Source of the DNA: Fibrobacterota bacterium
GTDB lineage: Bacteria; Fibrobacterota; Fibrobacteria; UBA11236
Reading direction: 5' to 3'
NCBI GenBank assembly: GCA_947482115.1
Contig: CANKII010000001.1
Span: 577,840-641,839 of the forward strand
DNA length: 64,000 nucleotides
In this document: positions 28,468-39,441 of the stretch, one piece after another
Layout: each line of letters starts with the position of its first letter
Position numbering within the stretch: position 1 is the first letter of the stretch
Made by a program: the position numbers and the translations under genes
Notes under the pieces: generated by a model
What the model was told of the DNA's origin: nothing
What the model saw: only the letters and a program-made list of their open reading frames with translations
Database searches by the model: none

Positions 28468-28520
28468 CTCATCTCGATACGGGCTAAAGCCCGCCTCCGG
28501 CGGACGTATCGAGACAAAGC
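28468..28520. terminator. Convergent-gene hairpin: outer 9-bp stem ctcgatacg/cgtatcgag enclosing two nested small palindromes (gggctaaagccc, ccgcctccggcgg)
   Basis: Read directly; lies between the isochorismatase-family stop and the PPK2 stop (convergent genes). No clean U-tract. Confidence 0.4.
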
Positions 28521-28526
28521 GGCAGT

Positions 28527-29393
28527 TTATTTCTCCAACATTTTCCGAATCAACCGCAAATCTTTTTTCCGTTCCGGCCCCGCCTTGGGATGGGACATCT
28601 TCAATCCCTCCAGAGTTTCCAGAATCACCTTGGAGATCAACAGGCGTGCGTCGCCCTTGTTGTCCGCCGGAATCACATACCACGGTGCTTCGTCGGTGCT
28701 AGTGGCACTCAGGCATTCTTCGTAGGCCTTCATGTATTCTTTCCAGAATCCCCGCTCCTTGATGTCAGCCATGTCGATTTTCCAATTCTTCTCCGGCGTA
28801 TCCAACCGGTTCAAAAACCGCTTGCGCTGCTCCTCCTTGGAAAGATGCAGGAAGAATTTGATGACGCGTGTGCCGTTGCGGTGAAGATGCTTTTCCATAT
28901 CGAGTATGGAATCAAAACGCCCTTCCCATATTTCTTTTCCTGACGGGCCATCGGGAATTCTCTGGGCCTTCAGGATTTCTGGATGGACACGAACGATGAG
29001 CACTTCTTCATAATAGGAGCGATTGAAAATACCGATGCGGCCGCGTTCCGGGAGGCATAAGGTGGTGCGCCACAGGAAGTCGTGATCCAAATCCTCCGCG
29101 CTGGGATGCTTGAAGCTGAACACCTGACAGCCCTGCGGGTCCACGCCGGACATGACATGCTTGATGGCGCTGTCCTTGCCCGCCGCATCCATGGCCTGAA
29201 AAATCAGCAACAGCGAAAAACTGTTGGAGGCAAAAAGCAGCTCCTGCAATTTGCGGAGTTGCTCCACATGCCCGCGCAAAGCCGTCTGGTATTCGCCCTT
29301 GCTCTTGCAAAAGGGTTTGATTTGGGTCGGCCTCTTTTTGAGATCGACGGATTCACCTTCTCCCACGCGGAAATCACGGGTATGGATTTTCAT
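28527..29393 (-). CDS. Polyphosphate kinase 2 (PPK2) family protein
   Basis: Walker [11 protein letters not shown], lid and Walker B regions; 288 aa, typical of single-domain PPK2. Confidence 0.8.
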   Translation of the reverse strand: MKIHTRDFRVGEGESVDLKKRPTQIKPFCKSKGEYQTALRGHVEQLRKLQELLFASNSFSLLLIFQAMDAAGKDSAIKHVMSGVDPQGCQVFSFKHPSAEDLDHDFLWRTTLCLPERGRIGIFNRSYYEEVLIVRVHPEILKAQRIPDGPSGKEIWEGRFDSILDMEKHLHRNGTRVIKFFLHLSKEEQRKRFLNRLDTPEKNWKIDMADIKERGFWKEYMKAYEECLSATSTDEAPWYVIPADNKGDARLLISKVILETLEGLKMSHPKAGPERKKDLRLIRKMLEK

Positions 29394-29433
29394 TGCTACA
29401 ATATAAGGCTTCCTGCGGATAAAATCCGCTTAA

Positions 29434-30552
<1,119 letters not shown>

Positions 30553-30588
30553 CCCGCCGCGCTTCGACAGGCTCAGCGACCGGCGTGT
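30553..30588. repeat. Hairpin element, type-1 core copy F, reverse orientation, diverged (cgcttcgacaggctcagcgacc), flanked by cgccgcgc / gcgaccggcg
   Basis: Read directly; immediately 3' of the leuB stop, in a convergent intergenic region. Confidence 0.6.
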
Positions 30589-30604
30589 CGTATCAAAACA
30601 AGAA

Positions 30605-30937
30605 CTATTTCTTCTTCGGCAACCCTGCTGCGTATTTCACACCGATTTCGATCCACTTTCCCAACGCTGCGTCCGTGGCCAATGCCTTGGGTCCCACCAA
30701 TATCCAGCCCTTCATGGGTTTTCCGGTGATGTCGAAGGGACGGACATGCGGTTTGGATAAAGCCTTGTCCCAATCTTCCGGGTCCATGCGGACAATCATT
30801 TCGTCACCGTATACGCCGACGGACATGTTGCCGTTGAGGAGAAAAGCCATTCCGCCGAACATTTTTTTGTCCACAAGGCCGGGTTGTTTTACGATGCGTT
30901 TGAGAATTCGTTCAGCAAGTTGTTGATCGTAGGCCAT
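30605..30937 (-). CDS. TfoX/Sxy N-terminal-domain-like protein
   Basis: 110 aa. The LVDKKMFGGMAFLLNGNM...VR pattern resembles the TfoX_N domain. Confidence 0.45.
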   Translation of the reverse strand: MAYDQQLAERILKRIVKQPGLVDKKMFGGMAFLLNGNMSVGVYGDEMIVRMDPEDWDKALSKPHVRPFDITGKPMKGWILVGPKALATDAALGKWIEIGVKYAAGLPKKK

Positions 30938-30963
30938 AATGATTTCAGGTTTGGCAGAAGCGT

Positions 30964-31257
30964 TTAATCACCTAAGTGATACCAATCCTCTTCTTTCAAA
31001 TTTGTCAAGAATCGATGAACATCATCTAAGGATCCATGCTGAAAAGCCCACTCAATATGCTCCTGTAACCTAAGCATTTTTAGCATCGCTGGTGTATCCC
31101 ACCAAGCTGCCAAAATTAAAGGCGACGAAGGTTCCCAACCATTTCCTTTTCTTTGCTTGTTTGGGAGCATCTCAAAAAGTTCACTCCATTTAATTGGCTG
31201 TGGACAAACGCGATTATTTAATCGCGCTTCAGCCAATGTTTCTTCTAATGTCGCCAT
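30964..31257 (-). CDS. Hypothetical protein (97 aa), markedly lower GC than its flanks
   Basis: ORF with no motif I recognise. Local composition is much more AT-rich than the neighbouring genes. Confidence 0.35.
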   Translation of the reverse strand: MATLEETLAEARLNNRVCPQPIKWSELFEMLPNKQRKGNGWEPSSPLILAAWWDTPAMLKMLRLQEHIEWAFQHGSLDDVHRFLTNLKEEDWYHLGD

Positions 31258-31264
31258 AAATAGA

Positions 31265-31423
31265 TCAAAACAAAGCGTAGATAAACGGCGCCAGATACGG
31301 CACCTGCGACGCCACCGCCAAAACCCCCATCAACAACAGCACAATAATGGTCGGCAGCAGCCACCAGACCTTACGGACGCGGAGGAATCCCCAAATATCA
31401 CCGAGTAAACTTTGTCGTGCCAT
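31265..31423 (-). CDS. Small hydrophobic peptide (52 aa) downstream of the carbamoyltransferase
   Basis: Own translation: MARQSLLGDIWGFLRVRKVWWLLPTIIVLLLMGVLAVASQVPYLAPFIYALF, one TM helix. It is below the track's 60-aa cut-off. It lies 54 nt downstream of the carbamoyltransferase on the same strand. Confidence 0.3.
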   Translation of the reverse strand: MARQSLLGDIWGFLRVRKVWWLLPTIIVLLLMGVLAVASQVPYLAPFIYALF

Positions 31424-31448
31424 AAGTACTCCAATCTAATTTTCGTCC

Positions 31449-31474
31449 GCTGGCTGAGCGTAGTCGAAGCCAGC
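31449..31474. repeat. Hairpin element, type-2 core copy H (gctggc-TGAGCGTAGTCGAA-gccagc)
   Basis: Read directly: perfect 6-bp arms. It lies immediately after the carbamoyltransferase stop codon. Confidence 0.65.
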
Positions 31475-31476
31475 AG

Positions 31477-33252
31477 TTAATCCTTCGCAACAGATTCCGA
31501 ATCCCACGTGTCCTTCATGTTTTCCCCGCGATGAATGATAAAATCCTCCATCACCAGACAATCGATTCCCGTTCCCATCATACAGCGATATGCCTGTTCC
31601 GGCGTGCAGACAATCGGTTCGCCGCGGATGTTGAACGAAGTGTTCACCAGCATCGGCACACCCGACAGTCCGCCGAAGGTCTTGATGAGATCATAATAAA
31701 GCGCATTGGTTTCCCGCCGTACCGTTTGCAGCCGTCCGCTGCCATCCACATGCGTCACCGCCGGAAGCTTCTCACGCCATTCCGGCCGCACCGGATAGAC
31801 CATCAGCATGAAATCCGTCGGCAATGGAACCGGATCATCGCATTCAAAGTATTTCGGCGCATCCTCGACACAAACAGACGGGGCGAAGGGACGGAAGATT
31901 TCACGATGCTTGACCTTGAGATTCAGAATGTCCCGCATGTTGGGATCACAGGGATTGGCCAGAATACTGCGTGCGCCCAGCGATCGTGGTCCCCATTCCA
32001 TTCGTCCCTGAAACCATCCCACCACTTTACCGGATTGAATCAGGTTTGCCGTTTCATCCAACAACTTTTCCCGCGATGGGAAGCGATGATGGACAATGTT
32101 TTGGCCGCGCAGAAAGGACTCGACTTCATCCGAAGAAAAGCTGGGGCCAAGATAAGGATGATGTAACGTGTGATTTGGAGAAGCAATTTGCCGGGGATTG
32201 TTGAATAAGGCATGATGTACATACAATGCCGTACCCATGCTGGAACCACCATCCCCTGCATTGGGCTGTATCCAGACATTTTGAAAATCCGTCTGCGAAA
32301 GAATCTTTCCATTACCAACGCTGTTCAATGCTACCCCACCGGATAATACCACGTTCGGACATTGGGTGGTTCGGTGCAATTGGCGCAGCATGGCAATCAC
32401 TGCTTCTTCGGTGATGATCTGGACTGCGGCGGCAATGTTCTCATGCCTCGAGGTCACCGGGTCCTCAGGCTTGCGAGGTGAACCACCAAGATGATCGCAC
32501 AACTTTTTCGAAGGCATCCGCTCGGCGAATTCATAATCGAAATAGCTCATGTCCAATTGAAAACTGCCGTCGGGTTTCAAATCGATTACTTGCTTCAACT
32601 TTGTGTAATACGGATTTGAAACAGGATTTTTGTCACCGTAAGCCGAAAGACCCATCACCTTGTACTCGGAATTATTGACGGAGAATCCCAGATACGCCGT
32701 GACCGTGGAATACAGCAAGCCAATGGAATGCGGAAAGCGGATTTCCTTGTGAAGTTCCAGCTGTGTTCCACGACCCATCCCCATTGCAGCCGTTGTCCAC
32801 TCCCCCACCCCGTCCACCGTCAACACAGCGGCTTCGTCAAAAGGACTCGGGTAAAAGGCTCCGGCCGCATGGGACAAATGATGTTCGAGAAAAAACACAT
32901 CGCCGCGATAACCGAGTTTCTTTTTGAACAACTTGCGGACACGCAATTTTTCCGTGAGCCACGAAGGCATGGCGCGTTGAAACACCATGAAGCTGCGGGG
33001 AAAATGCTGAACATGCTGCGTCAACAACCTCTCAAACTTGATCAGGGGTTTTTCATAAAAGGCGAGGGCATCCACTTCGCCAATATCAAGTCCGCCCTGC
33101 TTCAGGCAAAAAGCCACGGCATTTTCGGGAAAGGCGGGATCGTGTTTGCGCCGTGTGAAACGTTCCTCCTCGGCTGCGGCGACAATCCCACCATCCCGAA
33201 TCAAGGTCGCTGCGGCGTCGTGATAATGGCAACTGATGCCGAGAATATTCAT
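31477..33252 (-). CDS. Carbamoyltransferase (NodU/CmcH family)
   Basis: 591 aa. MNILGISCHYHDAAATLIRDGGIVAAAEEERFTRRKHD is a typical carbamoyltransferase N-terminus (ASKHA-fold, YrdC/Kae1-like). Confidence 0.85.
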   Translation of the reverse strand: MNILGISCHYHDAAATLIRDGGIVAAAEEERFTRRKHDPAFPENAVAFCLKQGGLDIGEVDALAFYEKPLIKFERLLTQHVQHFPRSFMVFQRAMPSWLTEKLRVRKLFKKKLGYRGDVFFLEHHLSHAAGAFYPSPFDEAAVLTVDGVGEWTTAAMGMGRGTQLELHKEIRFPHSIGLLYSTVTAYLGFSVNNSEYKVMGLSAYGDKNPVSNPYYTKLKQVIDLKPDGSFQLDMSYFDYEFAERMPSKKLCDHLGGSPRKPEDPVTSRHENIAAAVQIITEEAVIAMLRQLHRTTQCPNVVLSGGVALNSVGNGKILSQTDFQNVWIQPNAGDGGSSMGTALYVHHALFNNPRQIASPNHTLHHPYLGPSFSSDEVESFLRGQNIVHHRFPSREKLLDETANLIQSGKVVGWFQGRMEWGPRSLGARSILANPCDPNMRDILNLKVKHREIFRPFAPSVCVEDAPKYFECDDPVPLPTDFMLMVYPVRPEWREKLPAVTHVDGSGRLQTVRRETNALYYDLIKTFGGLSGVPMLVNTSFNIRGEPIVCTPEQAYRCMMGTGIDCLVMEDFIIHRGENMKDTWDSESVAKD

Positions 33253-33492
33253 GTCAGACTTTTAAAAGGGACGAAGCCACGAGTCCCGATCCTTGGGCGC
33301 TGGCGGGACGTCCAGCCAATAAGAATCCGGGGGTATTGTTTTGGATTTATTCCCAAGCCGGTAAAAAATCGAGGAGAGACCAACCCCCAGAAAATAGGCC
33401 ACCGTAAACAGGATGAAATTGCTGACGATCTGAAAAGGCTTGAGGACAATGCGCAAACCCTTGTCGATTCGATGGAGGATATTGCGAACTGG

Positions 33493-33514
33493 CCCTTCGA
33501 CAGGCTCAGGGACC
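33493..33514. repeat. Hairpin element, type-1 core copy E, reverse orientation (cccttcgacaggctcagggacc)
   Basis: Read directly; in the 344-bp divergent intergenic region between the carbamoyltransferase and ilvE. It is followed by the 10-bp palindrome ctgaattcag. Confidence 0.7.
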
Positions 33515-33595
33515 ACTGAATTCAGCATACGTTCAATTTACATCCCGGAGGATTTTACTAGATAGGAATGTGAACACCCATCCCTGAGAAGATTT

Positions 33596-34606
33596 ATGCA
33601 ACTCGACTGGAAAAACCTCGGTTTTCAATACCTTCCCACTCACGGTCAGGCGCAATGCGATTTTGCCGATGGGAAATGGGGTTCTCTGGAGTTCCAGACG
33701 AATCCCATGCTCAGTATGCATGTGGCCGCCAATTGCCTGCATTACGGTCAGGCCATTTTTGAAGGCCTGAAAGCTTTCCGCACCAAGGATGGCCGGGTAG
33801 TGATGTTCCGCCCGGACAAGAACGCCAGTCGCATGCGGGAATCCGCCGAACGGCTTTGCATGGAAGCCCCATCCGATGAGCTCTTTATAGAAGCCTGCAA
33901 AATGGCCGTGACTCGCAATATCGATTTTGTCCCACCTTATGGAACCGGTGCAAGCCTTTATCTCCGTCCGCTGCTCATCGGTACCGAAGCCACGGTGGGT
34001 ATTAAGGCTTCATCATCCTATACCTTCCTCGTGCTCGTAACGCCCGTGGGTCCTTATTACAAGGACGGTTTTCATCCCGTGGAAGCTTTGGTCATGCTGG
34101 ATTATGATCGCGCCGCGCCGAAAGGCACGGGCCGGGCCAAAACTGCGGGCAATTATGCCGCCAGTCTATTGCCGGGTTTGTTGGGAAAGAAAAAAGGCTT
34201 TCCCATCATCCTCTTTGCCGATCCCAAGGAAAACAAATATGTGGATGAATTCGGAACCTCCAACTTCATCGGCATTACAGCTGCCGGAGAGTACAAGACC
34301 CCTGACTCCTCATCCATCCTGCAAAGCGTGACCAACGAAAGCCTGCAACTCTTGGCAGCGGAAATGGGACTCAAAGTGGTGAAGGAACCCATTGCATTGG
34401 ATTCACTCGGTCAATTTTCCGAAGTGGGCGCATGCGGCACGGCAGCGGTGATTACACCGGTGCATGCCGTGCATTATGGGGAAAAAGTTTTCCGGTTTGG
34501 TGAAAAAGACAAAGCGGGCCAAACTCTGGCCCGCCTGTATAAAAACCTGCAAGCCATCCAGTACGGGGACTCTCCCGATACGCATGGATGGTTGGTAGAG
34601 GTTTAA
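33596..34606 (+). CDS. ilvE: Branched-chain amino acid aminotransferase (fold type IV)
   Basis: 336 aa. Typical class IV aminotransferase motifs (FEGLKAFR, GTGAAL-like region, catalytic Lys). Confidence 0.85.
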   Translation: MQLDWKNLGFQYLPTHGQAQCDFADGKWGSLEFQTNPMLSMHVAANCLHYGQAIFEGLKAFRTKDGRVVMFRPDKNASRMRESAERLCMEAPSDELFIEACKMAVTRNIDFVPPYGTGASLYLRPLLIGTEATVGIKASSSYTFLVLVTPVGPYYKDGFHPVEALVMLDYDRAAPKGTGRAKTAGNYAASLLPGLLGKKKGFPIILFADPKENKYVDEFGTSNFIGITAAGEYKTPDSSSILQSVTNESLQLLAAEMGLKVVKEPIALDSLGQFSEVGACGTAAVITPVHAVHYGEKVFRFGEKDKAGQTLARLYKNLQAIQYGDSPDTHGWLVEV

Positions 34607-34618
34607 CAAAAATGCAGC

Positions 34619-34654
34619 CCCGTAGGGGGCGCATTTTTGTTACGCCCCTTACGG
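34619..34654. terminator. Bidirectional terminator-like hairpin (cccgtagggggcg - catttttgtta - cgccccttacgg)
   Basis: Read directly; between the convergent ilvE and adhesin-gene stops. 12-bp arms with one mismatch and a T-rich loop. Confidence 0.45.
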
Positions 34655-37600
34655 ACCGGCGTTAACCACACCAATCTTGATGACAGCCGTTGTATTGCCA
34701 CCGGGGTTTTGCGCGGTGACCGTATAGTTTGTTGCCGGGGAAATCACCGAGGGCGTCCCCTGTATGTAACCCGTGGTTCCATCAAAAGTGATTCCGGTTG
34801 GAAGTGCCGGTAAAATGGAGTAATTCGTCACGATGCCTTGAACGGTGGGAACATTGGGAGGACTGATGGCGATATTGCGGCCATACGTGGGAATATCATC
34901 GATGTATGAAAGCTCGGTGGGAACTCCAACGATGGTAATGTTGATGATGGCTTGTACAGAACCCAACGGGTTGCTCGCTGTCACCGTGTAATCCGTGGCA
35001 AAGGATTGGTGTGTCGTCGGAGTTCCCGTCAGAACACCTGTCAAACTGTCTATAACCAGGCCAGTGGGAGGCGCAGGACTGACGGAATAATGGGTGATGA
35101 AGCCGGTAATCGAGGGAGGATTCGGAGTAATGGCCAGACCAAGGACGTAGGCCGCCGCGTCATCCGCATAGGAGAAATTGGAAGGTATGGCAAATACCCC
35201 GATGTTCACCACCGCTGTATCCGAACCTCCGGAACCGGTTGCAATAACCGAGAAATCGGCAGACAAAGATTGCAGCGTCGGAGTCCCGGAGATGACGCCG
35301 GTAAGAGTGTCCAACGACAAACCGGGTGGGAGCGGGGAAATAAGTGCATAGTGGGTTACATCCCCCCCAGTTGAAATCACGGAATCCGGAGTAATGGCCG
35401 AATCCTTTATATAAGCTGCGGGATTGTGAACGTATGCGATCATGGGGGCTATGAGAACCTGTAAAACACCGGAATCGCTTGTTGCCACACCGGCAATGTT
35501 GGTCACCACGCACTTGTAATAGCCCGAATCCGAACCCTGAACATTGACGAGCGTCAGCGTATCGAGATTGCCAACGCTGTCCACTCCGTTCTTGAGCCAC
35601 TTGTAGAAGAGCGGAGCCGTACCCGATGCAGTCACTCCAAATTTCGCCGTGGCTCCCTGAACAAGAGTCTGACTTACAATGGGCTGGGTGACAATGGACG
35701 CAGGCACATTCAACGACAAGGTCACGCTGTTGCTGGTAGTATCGCCAAGGGGGTTTGTCACAATGACTTTATAGGAGCCGGTATCCGCAGCCTGCACGTT
35801 CACCAAAGTCAGAGTGTCCAATGTGCCGACAGTATCGGTGTTGTTCTTCAACCAGACATAGGTAAGAGTGTCCATGCCCACGGCCATCACACCAAACTTC
35901 ACTGTGGATCCGGCATTCACCATCTGGCTGGCGGGTTGCGAGAGAATCACAGGCGCCAGATTCACAGTCAAAACCCCCGAGTCACTCGTTGCCACACCGG
36001 CAATGTTGGTCACCACGCACTTGTAATAACCCGAGTCCGAACCCTGAACATTGACCAAGGTTAGTGTATCCAGATTTCCAACACTATCCACCCCGTTCTT
36101 GAGCCATTTGTAGGAGAACGGGGCCGTACCCGAAGCCATTACGCCAAATTTCACGGTCGCAGTTTCATTTGCCACCTGGCTGGCGGGCTGCGAGGTCACA
36201 CTGGGAGCCACGTTCAACGCGAGGGTCACGCTTACACTTGACGTATCCCCGGCCACGTTATGAATCAGCACTTTGTACGAACCCGTATCCGCAGCCTGAA
36301 CATTGACCAGCGTCAATGTATCCGAAGAACCCACGGTGTCCGTATTATTCTTCAGCCAGACATAAGTCAACGGAGCCGTGCCCGTCGCCACCACCCCAAA
36401 TGTCGCCGTGGAGCCCGAGTTCACCATCTGGCTGGCGGGTTGCGAAGTAATCACCGGGACAAATTGCACATGCAAGGTGCCCGAATTGCTTGGTGCCACA
36501 CCGGCAACATTGGTGACAAAGCACTGATACGAACCCGAATCCGAGCCTTGAACATTGATCAGAGTCAATGTATCCGAAGAACCCACACTATCGGCGCCGT
36601 TGTGAATCCACTTATACGACAACGGATTGGTGCCTGTAGCCCCGATGCCAAATTTCACCGTGGAACCGGAATTCACCGTTTGAGATACGACCGGCTGGGA
36701 GGTTAGGCTGGGCAATATGTTCAACCCAAGGTTCGCACTAACACTGGAGGTGTCGCCGGCAATATTATGAACGAATACCTGGTAAGAGCCCGTGTCCGAA
36801 GCCTGAAAATTCAATATCGTGAGCGTATCCGTGAAAGCCACCGTGTCCGTATTGTTCTTCAGCCAGACATAAGTCAACGGAGCGGTGCCCGTCGCCACCA
36901 CACCAAATTTCACCGTGGAGCCTGCATTGGCCATCTGACTGGATGTCTGCGAGAGGATCACAGGAAGATAATGCACCACCAACGATCCGGGATTGCTGGG
37001 CGCAACACCTGCGATATTATTGACAAAGCACTGGTACGAACCCGAATCCGAACCCTGAACATTGACAAGGGTCAATGTGTCCAAATTACCCACGCTGTCC
37101 ACCCCGTTCTTCACCCACTTGTAATGAAGCGGAGCCGTACCGGTTGCGATGACACCCAGTTTCACCGTCACACCCGAATTCACGGTTTGGCTGGTGACAG
37201 GCTGCGAAGAAATGTTGGGCGCCACGTTCAGTCCCAGAGTCACGCTGACACTGGAAGTGTCTCCGGCGATGTTATGAACGAACACCCTGTAGGAACCCGT
37301 GTCCGCAGCCTGAAAATTCAATATCGTGAGTGTATCGGTGAAAGCTACCGTGTCCGTATTGTTCTTCAGCCAGACATAAGTCAACGGAGTCGTGCCCGTC
37401 ACCACCACGCCGAATTTGACTGTCGATCCCGCATTGGCCATCTGGCTTGAAGACTGGGACGTAATCACAGGGAGCGCATGCACGATCAAAATGCTGGAAT
37501 CACTCGTGGCAATGCCGGCAACATTCGTGACAATGCATTTGTAAGTGCCTGAATCTGAAAGTTGAACATTCGACAGGGTCAGGGTGTCCTGATTGCCCAC

Positions 37601-39058
37601 GCTGTCCACGCCATTCTTGAGCCATTTACGATGGAGCGGAGCCGTGCCCACCGACACAATGCCAATCTTAACGGTTGTTCCCGTCAGTACGGTCTGTGTG
37701 ACAACCGGTTGCGAAAGAATACCGGAGGGGACATTCAAGCCCAAAGTCACACTGTCGCTTATCAGATCACCAAGGGAATTGTGTATGAACACCTGGTAAG
37801 TACCGACATCCGAGACCTGCGCATTGGGCAGGGTCAGTGTATCCGATGTACCCACGGTGTCTGTATTGTCCTTGAGCCAGGTGTAGGTCACCGGAGCCGT
37901 TCCTGTGGCCACAACCACAAATTGCGCCGTGTCTCCTGTGTTTACCATCAAACTCACCGGCTGCGAGGTGATTTCGGGTGGAGTATGCACGATCAACACC
38001 CCGGAGTCACTAGCCGCTACACCGGCAACGTTCGTGACCACGCACCGGTAATATCCAGAATCGGCACCCACCACACTGGCAATCACCAGCGTATCCTGAT
38101 TTCCAACGCTGTCCGCGTCATCTTTAGTCCAGACGTAATGGAGTGGACCCGTGCCTGTCGCTACTACACCGAATGTCACCGAAGAATCCGCATTCACGGT
38201 TTGAGTGACAACAGGCTGGGAAGTGATCAAAGGCGCCACATTCAAACCCAGAGTCACACTGGTACTCACTGTGTCCCCGGCCACGTTGTGTACCAGTACC
38301 TTGTAAGAACCCGTATCTACCGCCTGGACATTGGATAAAGTCAGGGTATCGAGCAATCCCACGGTATCCGTATTATTTTTCACCCACTGATACGTTAATG
38401 GCGCAGTACCGGTGGCCTGCACGCCAAATTTCACCGTCGAACCTGTATTGGCCATTTGACTCACAGGTTGGGAGCTAATCACCGGTGGTTTGTTCAGGGA
38501 TAATGCAGCGTTGCTGCTCGTCGTATCTCCGATGAGATTGCTCACAACAACCGAATAAAAACCCGTGTCGGATACCTGGACGTTGAACAAAGTAAGCGTG
38601 TCCGTATTCCCTACACTGTCTATATCATTAAAGAGCCATTTATACGTCAATGGAGCCGTACCCGCAGCGACCACGCCAAATTTCACCGTCGAACCCGCAT
38701 TCACCATTTGGCTCATGGGATCGGAGACAATGGACGGCCTTTCATTCACTGTAATGTTTATCGTGTCCGTGGTGGAGCCGGAATCATTACTGGCCGTGAC
38801 CACGTAATCCGTGGCAACCGATGCCGATTCGGGAGCTCCTGAAATGACTCCGCTGACGGAATCCAGCACCAAGCCCGCAGGCAGGGCTGGCGCTACCGAG
38901 TAAAGAAAGACAGTATCCGTTACCGTGGGAGTGTCAGGTGTAATCGGCAAATTTACGGTGTAAACAACCGGGGTCGTGTAAGTGAGATCGGAGGGGGACT
39001 CAAATGCAAAGCTCGAAACAGCGAGCATCAAGAGGGCTGGCAAACCTATCTTTTTCAT
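34649..39058 (-). CDS. Giant secreted surface protein of ~13 tandem Ig-like (I-set-like, GxYxC) domains, with putative-Ig/cadherin-like domains at both ends
   Basis: 1469 aa. Signal peptide MKKIGLPALLMLAVSSFA. An ~90-aa repeating unit alternates between two subtypes (...TYVWLKNNTDTV...DTGSYKV... and ...HYKWVKNGVDSVGN...DSGSYQC...). Several units are near-identical at both protein and DNA level. Confidence 0.7.
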   Translation of the reverse strand: MKKIGLPALLMLAVSSFAFESPSDLTYTTPVVYTVNLPITPDTPTVTDTVFLYSVAPALPAGLVLDSVSGVISGAPESASVATDYVVTASNDSGSTTDTINITVNERPSIVSDPMSQMVNAGSTVKFGVVAAGTAPLTYKWLFNDIDSVGNTDTLTLFNVQVSDTGFYSVVVSNLIGDTTSSNAALSLNKPPVISSQPVSQMANTGSTVKFGVQATGTAPLTYQWVKNNTDTVGLLDTLTLSNVQAVDTGSYKVLVHNVAGDTVSTSVTLGLNVAPLITSQPVVTQTVNADSSVTFGVVATGTGPLHYVWTKDDADSVGNQDTLVIASVVGADSGYYRCVVTNVAGVAASDSGVLIVHTPPEITSQPVSLMVNTGDTAQFVVVATGTAPVTYTWLKDNTDTVGTSDTLTLPNAQVSDVGTYQVFIHNSLGDLISDSVTLGLNVPSGILSQPVVTQTVLTGTTVKIGIVSVGTAPLHRKWLKNGVDSVGNQDTLTLSNVQLSDSGTYKCIVTNVAGIATSDSSILIVHALPVITSQSSSQMANAGSTVKFGVVVTGTTPLTYVWLKNNTDTVAFTDTLTILNFQAADTGSYRVFVHNIAGDTSSVSVTLGLNVAPNISSQPVTSQTVNSGVTVKLGVIATGTAPLHYKWVKNGVDSVGNLDTLTLVNVQGSDSGSYQCFVNNIAGVAPSNPGSLVVHYLPVILSQTSSQMANAGSTVKFGVVATGTAPLTYVWLKNNTDTVAFTDTLTILNFQASDTGSYQVFVHNIAGDTSSVSANLGLNILPSLTSQPVVSQTVNSGSTVKFGIGATGTNPLSYKWIHNGADSVGSSDTLTLINVQGSDSGSYQCFVTNVAGVAPSNSGTLHVQFVPVITSQPASQMVNSGSTATFGVVATGTAPLTYVWLKNNTDTVGSSDTLTLVNVQAADTGSYKVLIHNVAGDTSSVSVTLALNVAPSVTSQPASQVANETATVKFGVMASGTAPFSYKWLKNGVDSVGNLDTLTLVNVQGSDSGYYKCVVTNIAGVATSDSGVLTVNLAPVILSQPASQMVNAGSTVKFGVMAVGMDTLTYVWLKNNTDTVGTLDTLTLVNVQAADTGSYKVIVTNPLGDTTSNSVTLSLNVPASIVTQPIVSQTLVQGATAKFGVTASGTAPLFYKWLKNGVDSVGNLDTLTLVNVQGSDSGYYKCVVTNIAGVATSDSGVLQVLIAPMIAYVHNPAAYIKDSAITPDSVISTGGDVTHYALISPLPPGLSLDTLTGVISGTPTLQSLSADFSVIATGSGGSDTAVVNIGVFAIPSNFSYADDAAAYVLGLAITPNPPSITGFITHYSVSPAPPTGLVIDSLTGVLTGTPTTHQSFATDYTVTASNPLGSVQAIINITIVGVPTELSYIDDIPTYGRNIAISPPNVPTVQGIVTNYSILPALPTGITFDGTTGYIQGTPSVISPATNYTVTAQNPGGNTTAVIKIGVVNAGP

Positions 39059-39320
39059 GAGGAATCCTTCCTTTTTCTTTAACCGTCGGAGTCTGGGCTT
39101 GATAGAAATGTTCGCAGACTAAGTTTTTATTTAATCAGGTTAAGACGTAAAAAAGTTTGGGGGACGTGACAGTAACATTGTGTTACAATAGTCCCCACAT
39201 ATAAAGCCATGTGATTTGTCTCACTTACATTGGACAAGGGATCCAGCTCTTTAGCTTGTATGAAACAAACAGAAACACGTTTTTTCGCGGGAAACAACCG
39301 CTTTTTTCCCCAATCAAAAA

Positions 39321-39419
39321 ATGATTACCTTGGATCCCATGAATTCAGACTGCCACCGCACCCGATTGAACGGGCTTATTGCGATTCGAATTATTACCCC
39401 GCTCGGGAGCGGCCTTTAA
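39321..39419 (+). CDS. Candidate Ile-rich leader peptide (MITLDPMNSDCHRTRLNGLIAIRIITPLGSGL) of a cimA attenuator
   Basis: Own translation: 32 aa with 5 Ile codons, 4 of them within 7 codons (LIAIRIIT). The stop lies inside the first hairpin, upstream of the antiterminator/terminator structures. Confidence 0.4.
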   Translation: MITLDPMNSDCHRTRLNGLIAIRIITPLGSGL

Positions 39420-39441
39420 GGGAATTTGCATCTCCCTAAAA

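Noticed and set aside
32728-33519. 263-aa plus-strand ORF
   Set aside because: It is antisense to the carbamoyltransferase. Its 3' end runs into the intergenic hairpin element and it has no recognisable motifs.
33515-33524. ctgaattcag 10-bp palindrome (EcoRI site) next to element copy E
   Set aside because: It is short and probably a chance palindrome. It is not seen next to the other copies.
34952-38807. Several plus-strand ORFs (34952..35374, 36260..36706, 36767..37450, 37562..38338, 38565..38807) with mutually similar products
   Set aside because: All are antisense to the Ig-repeat gene. Their similarity reflects that gene's tandem DNA repeats.
34649-39058. Regularly spaced ~270-bp DNA repeats, considered as a possible CRISPR array
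   Set aside because: The period is far too long and the repeats are coding Ig-domain units without unique spacers. It is not CRISPR.
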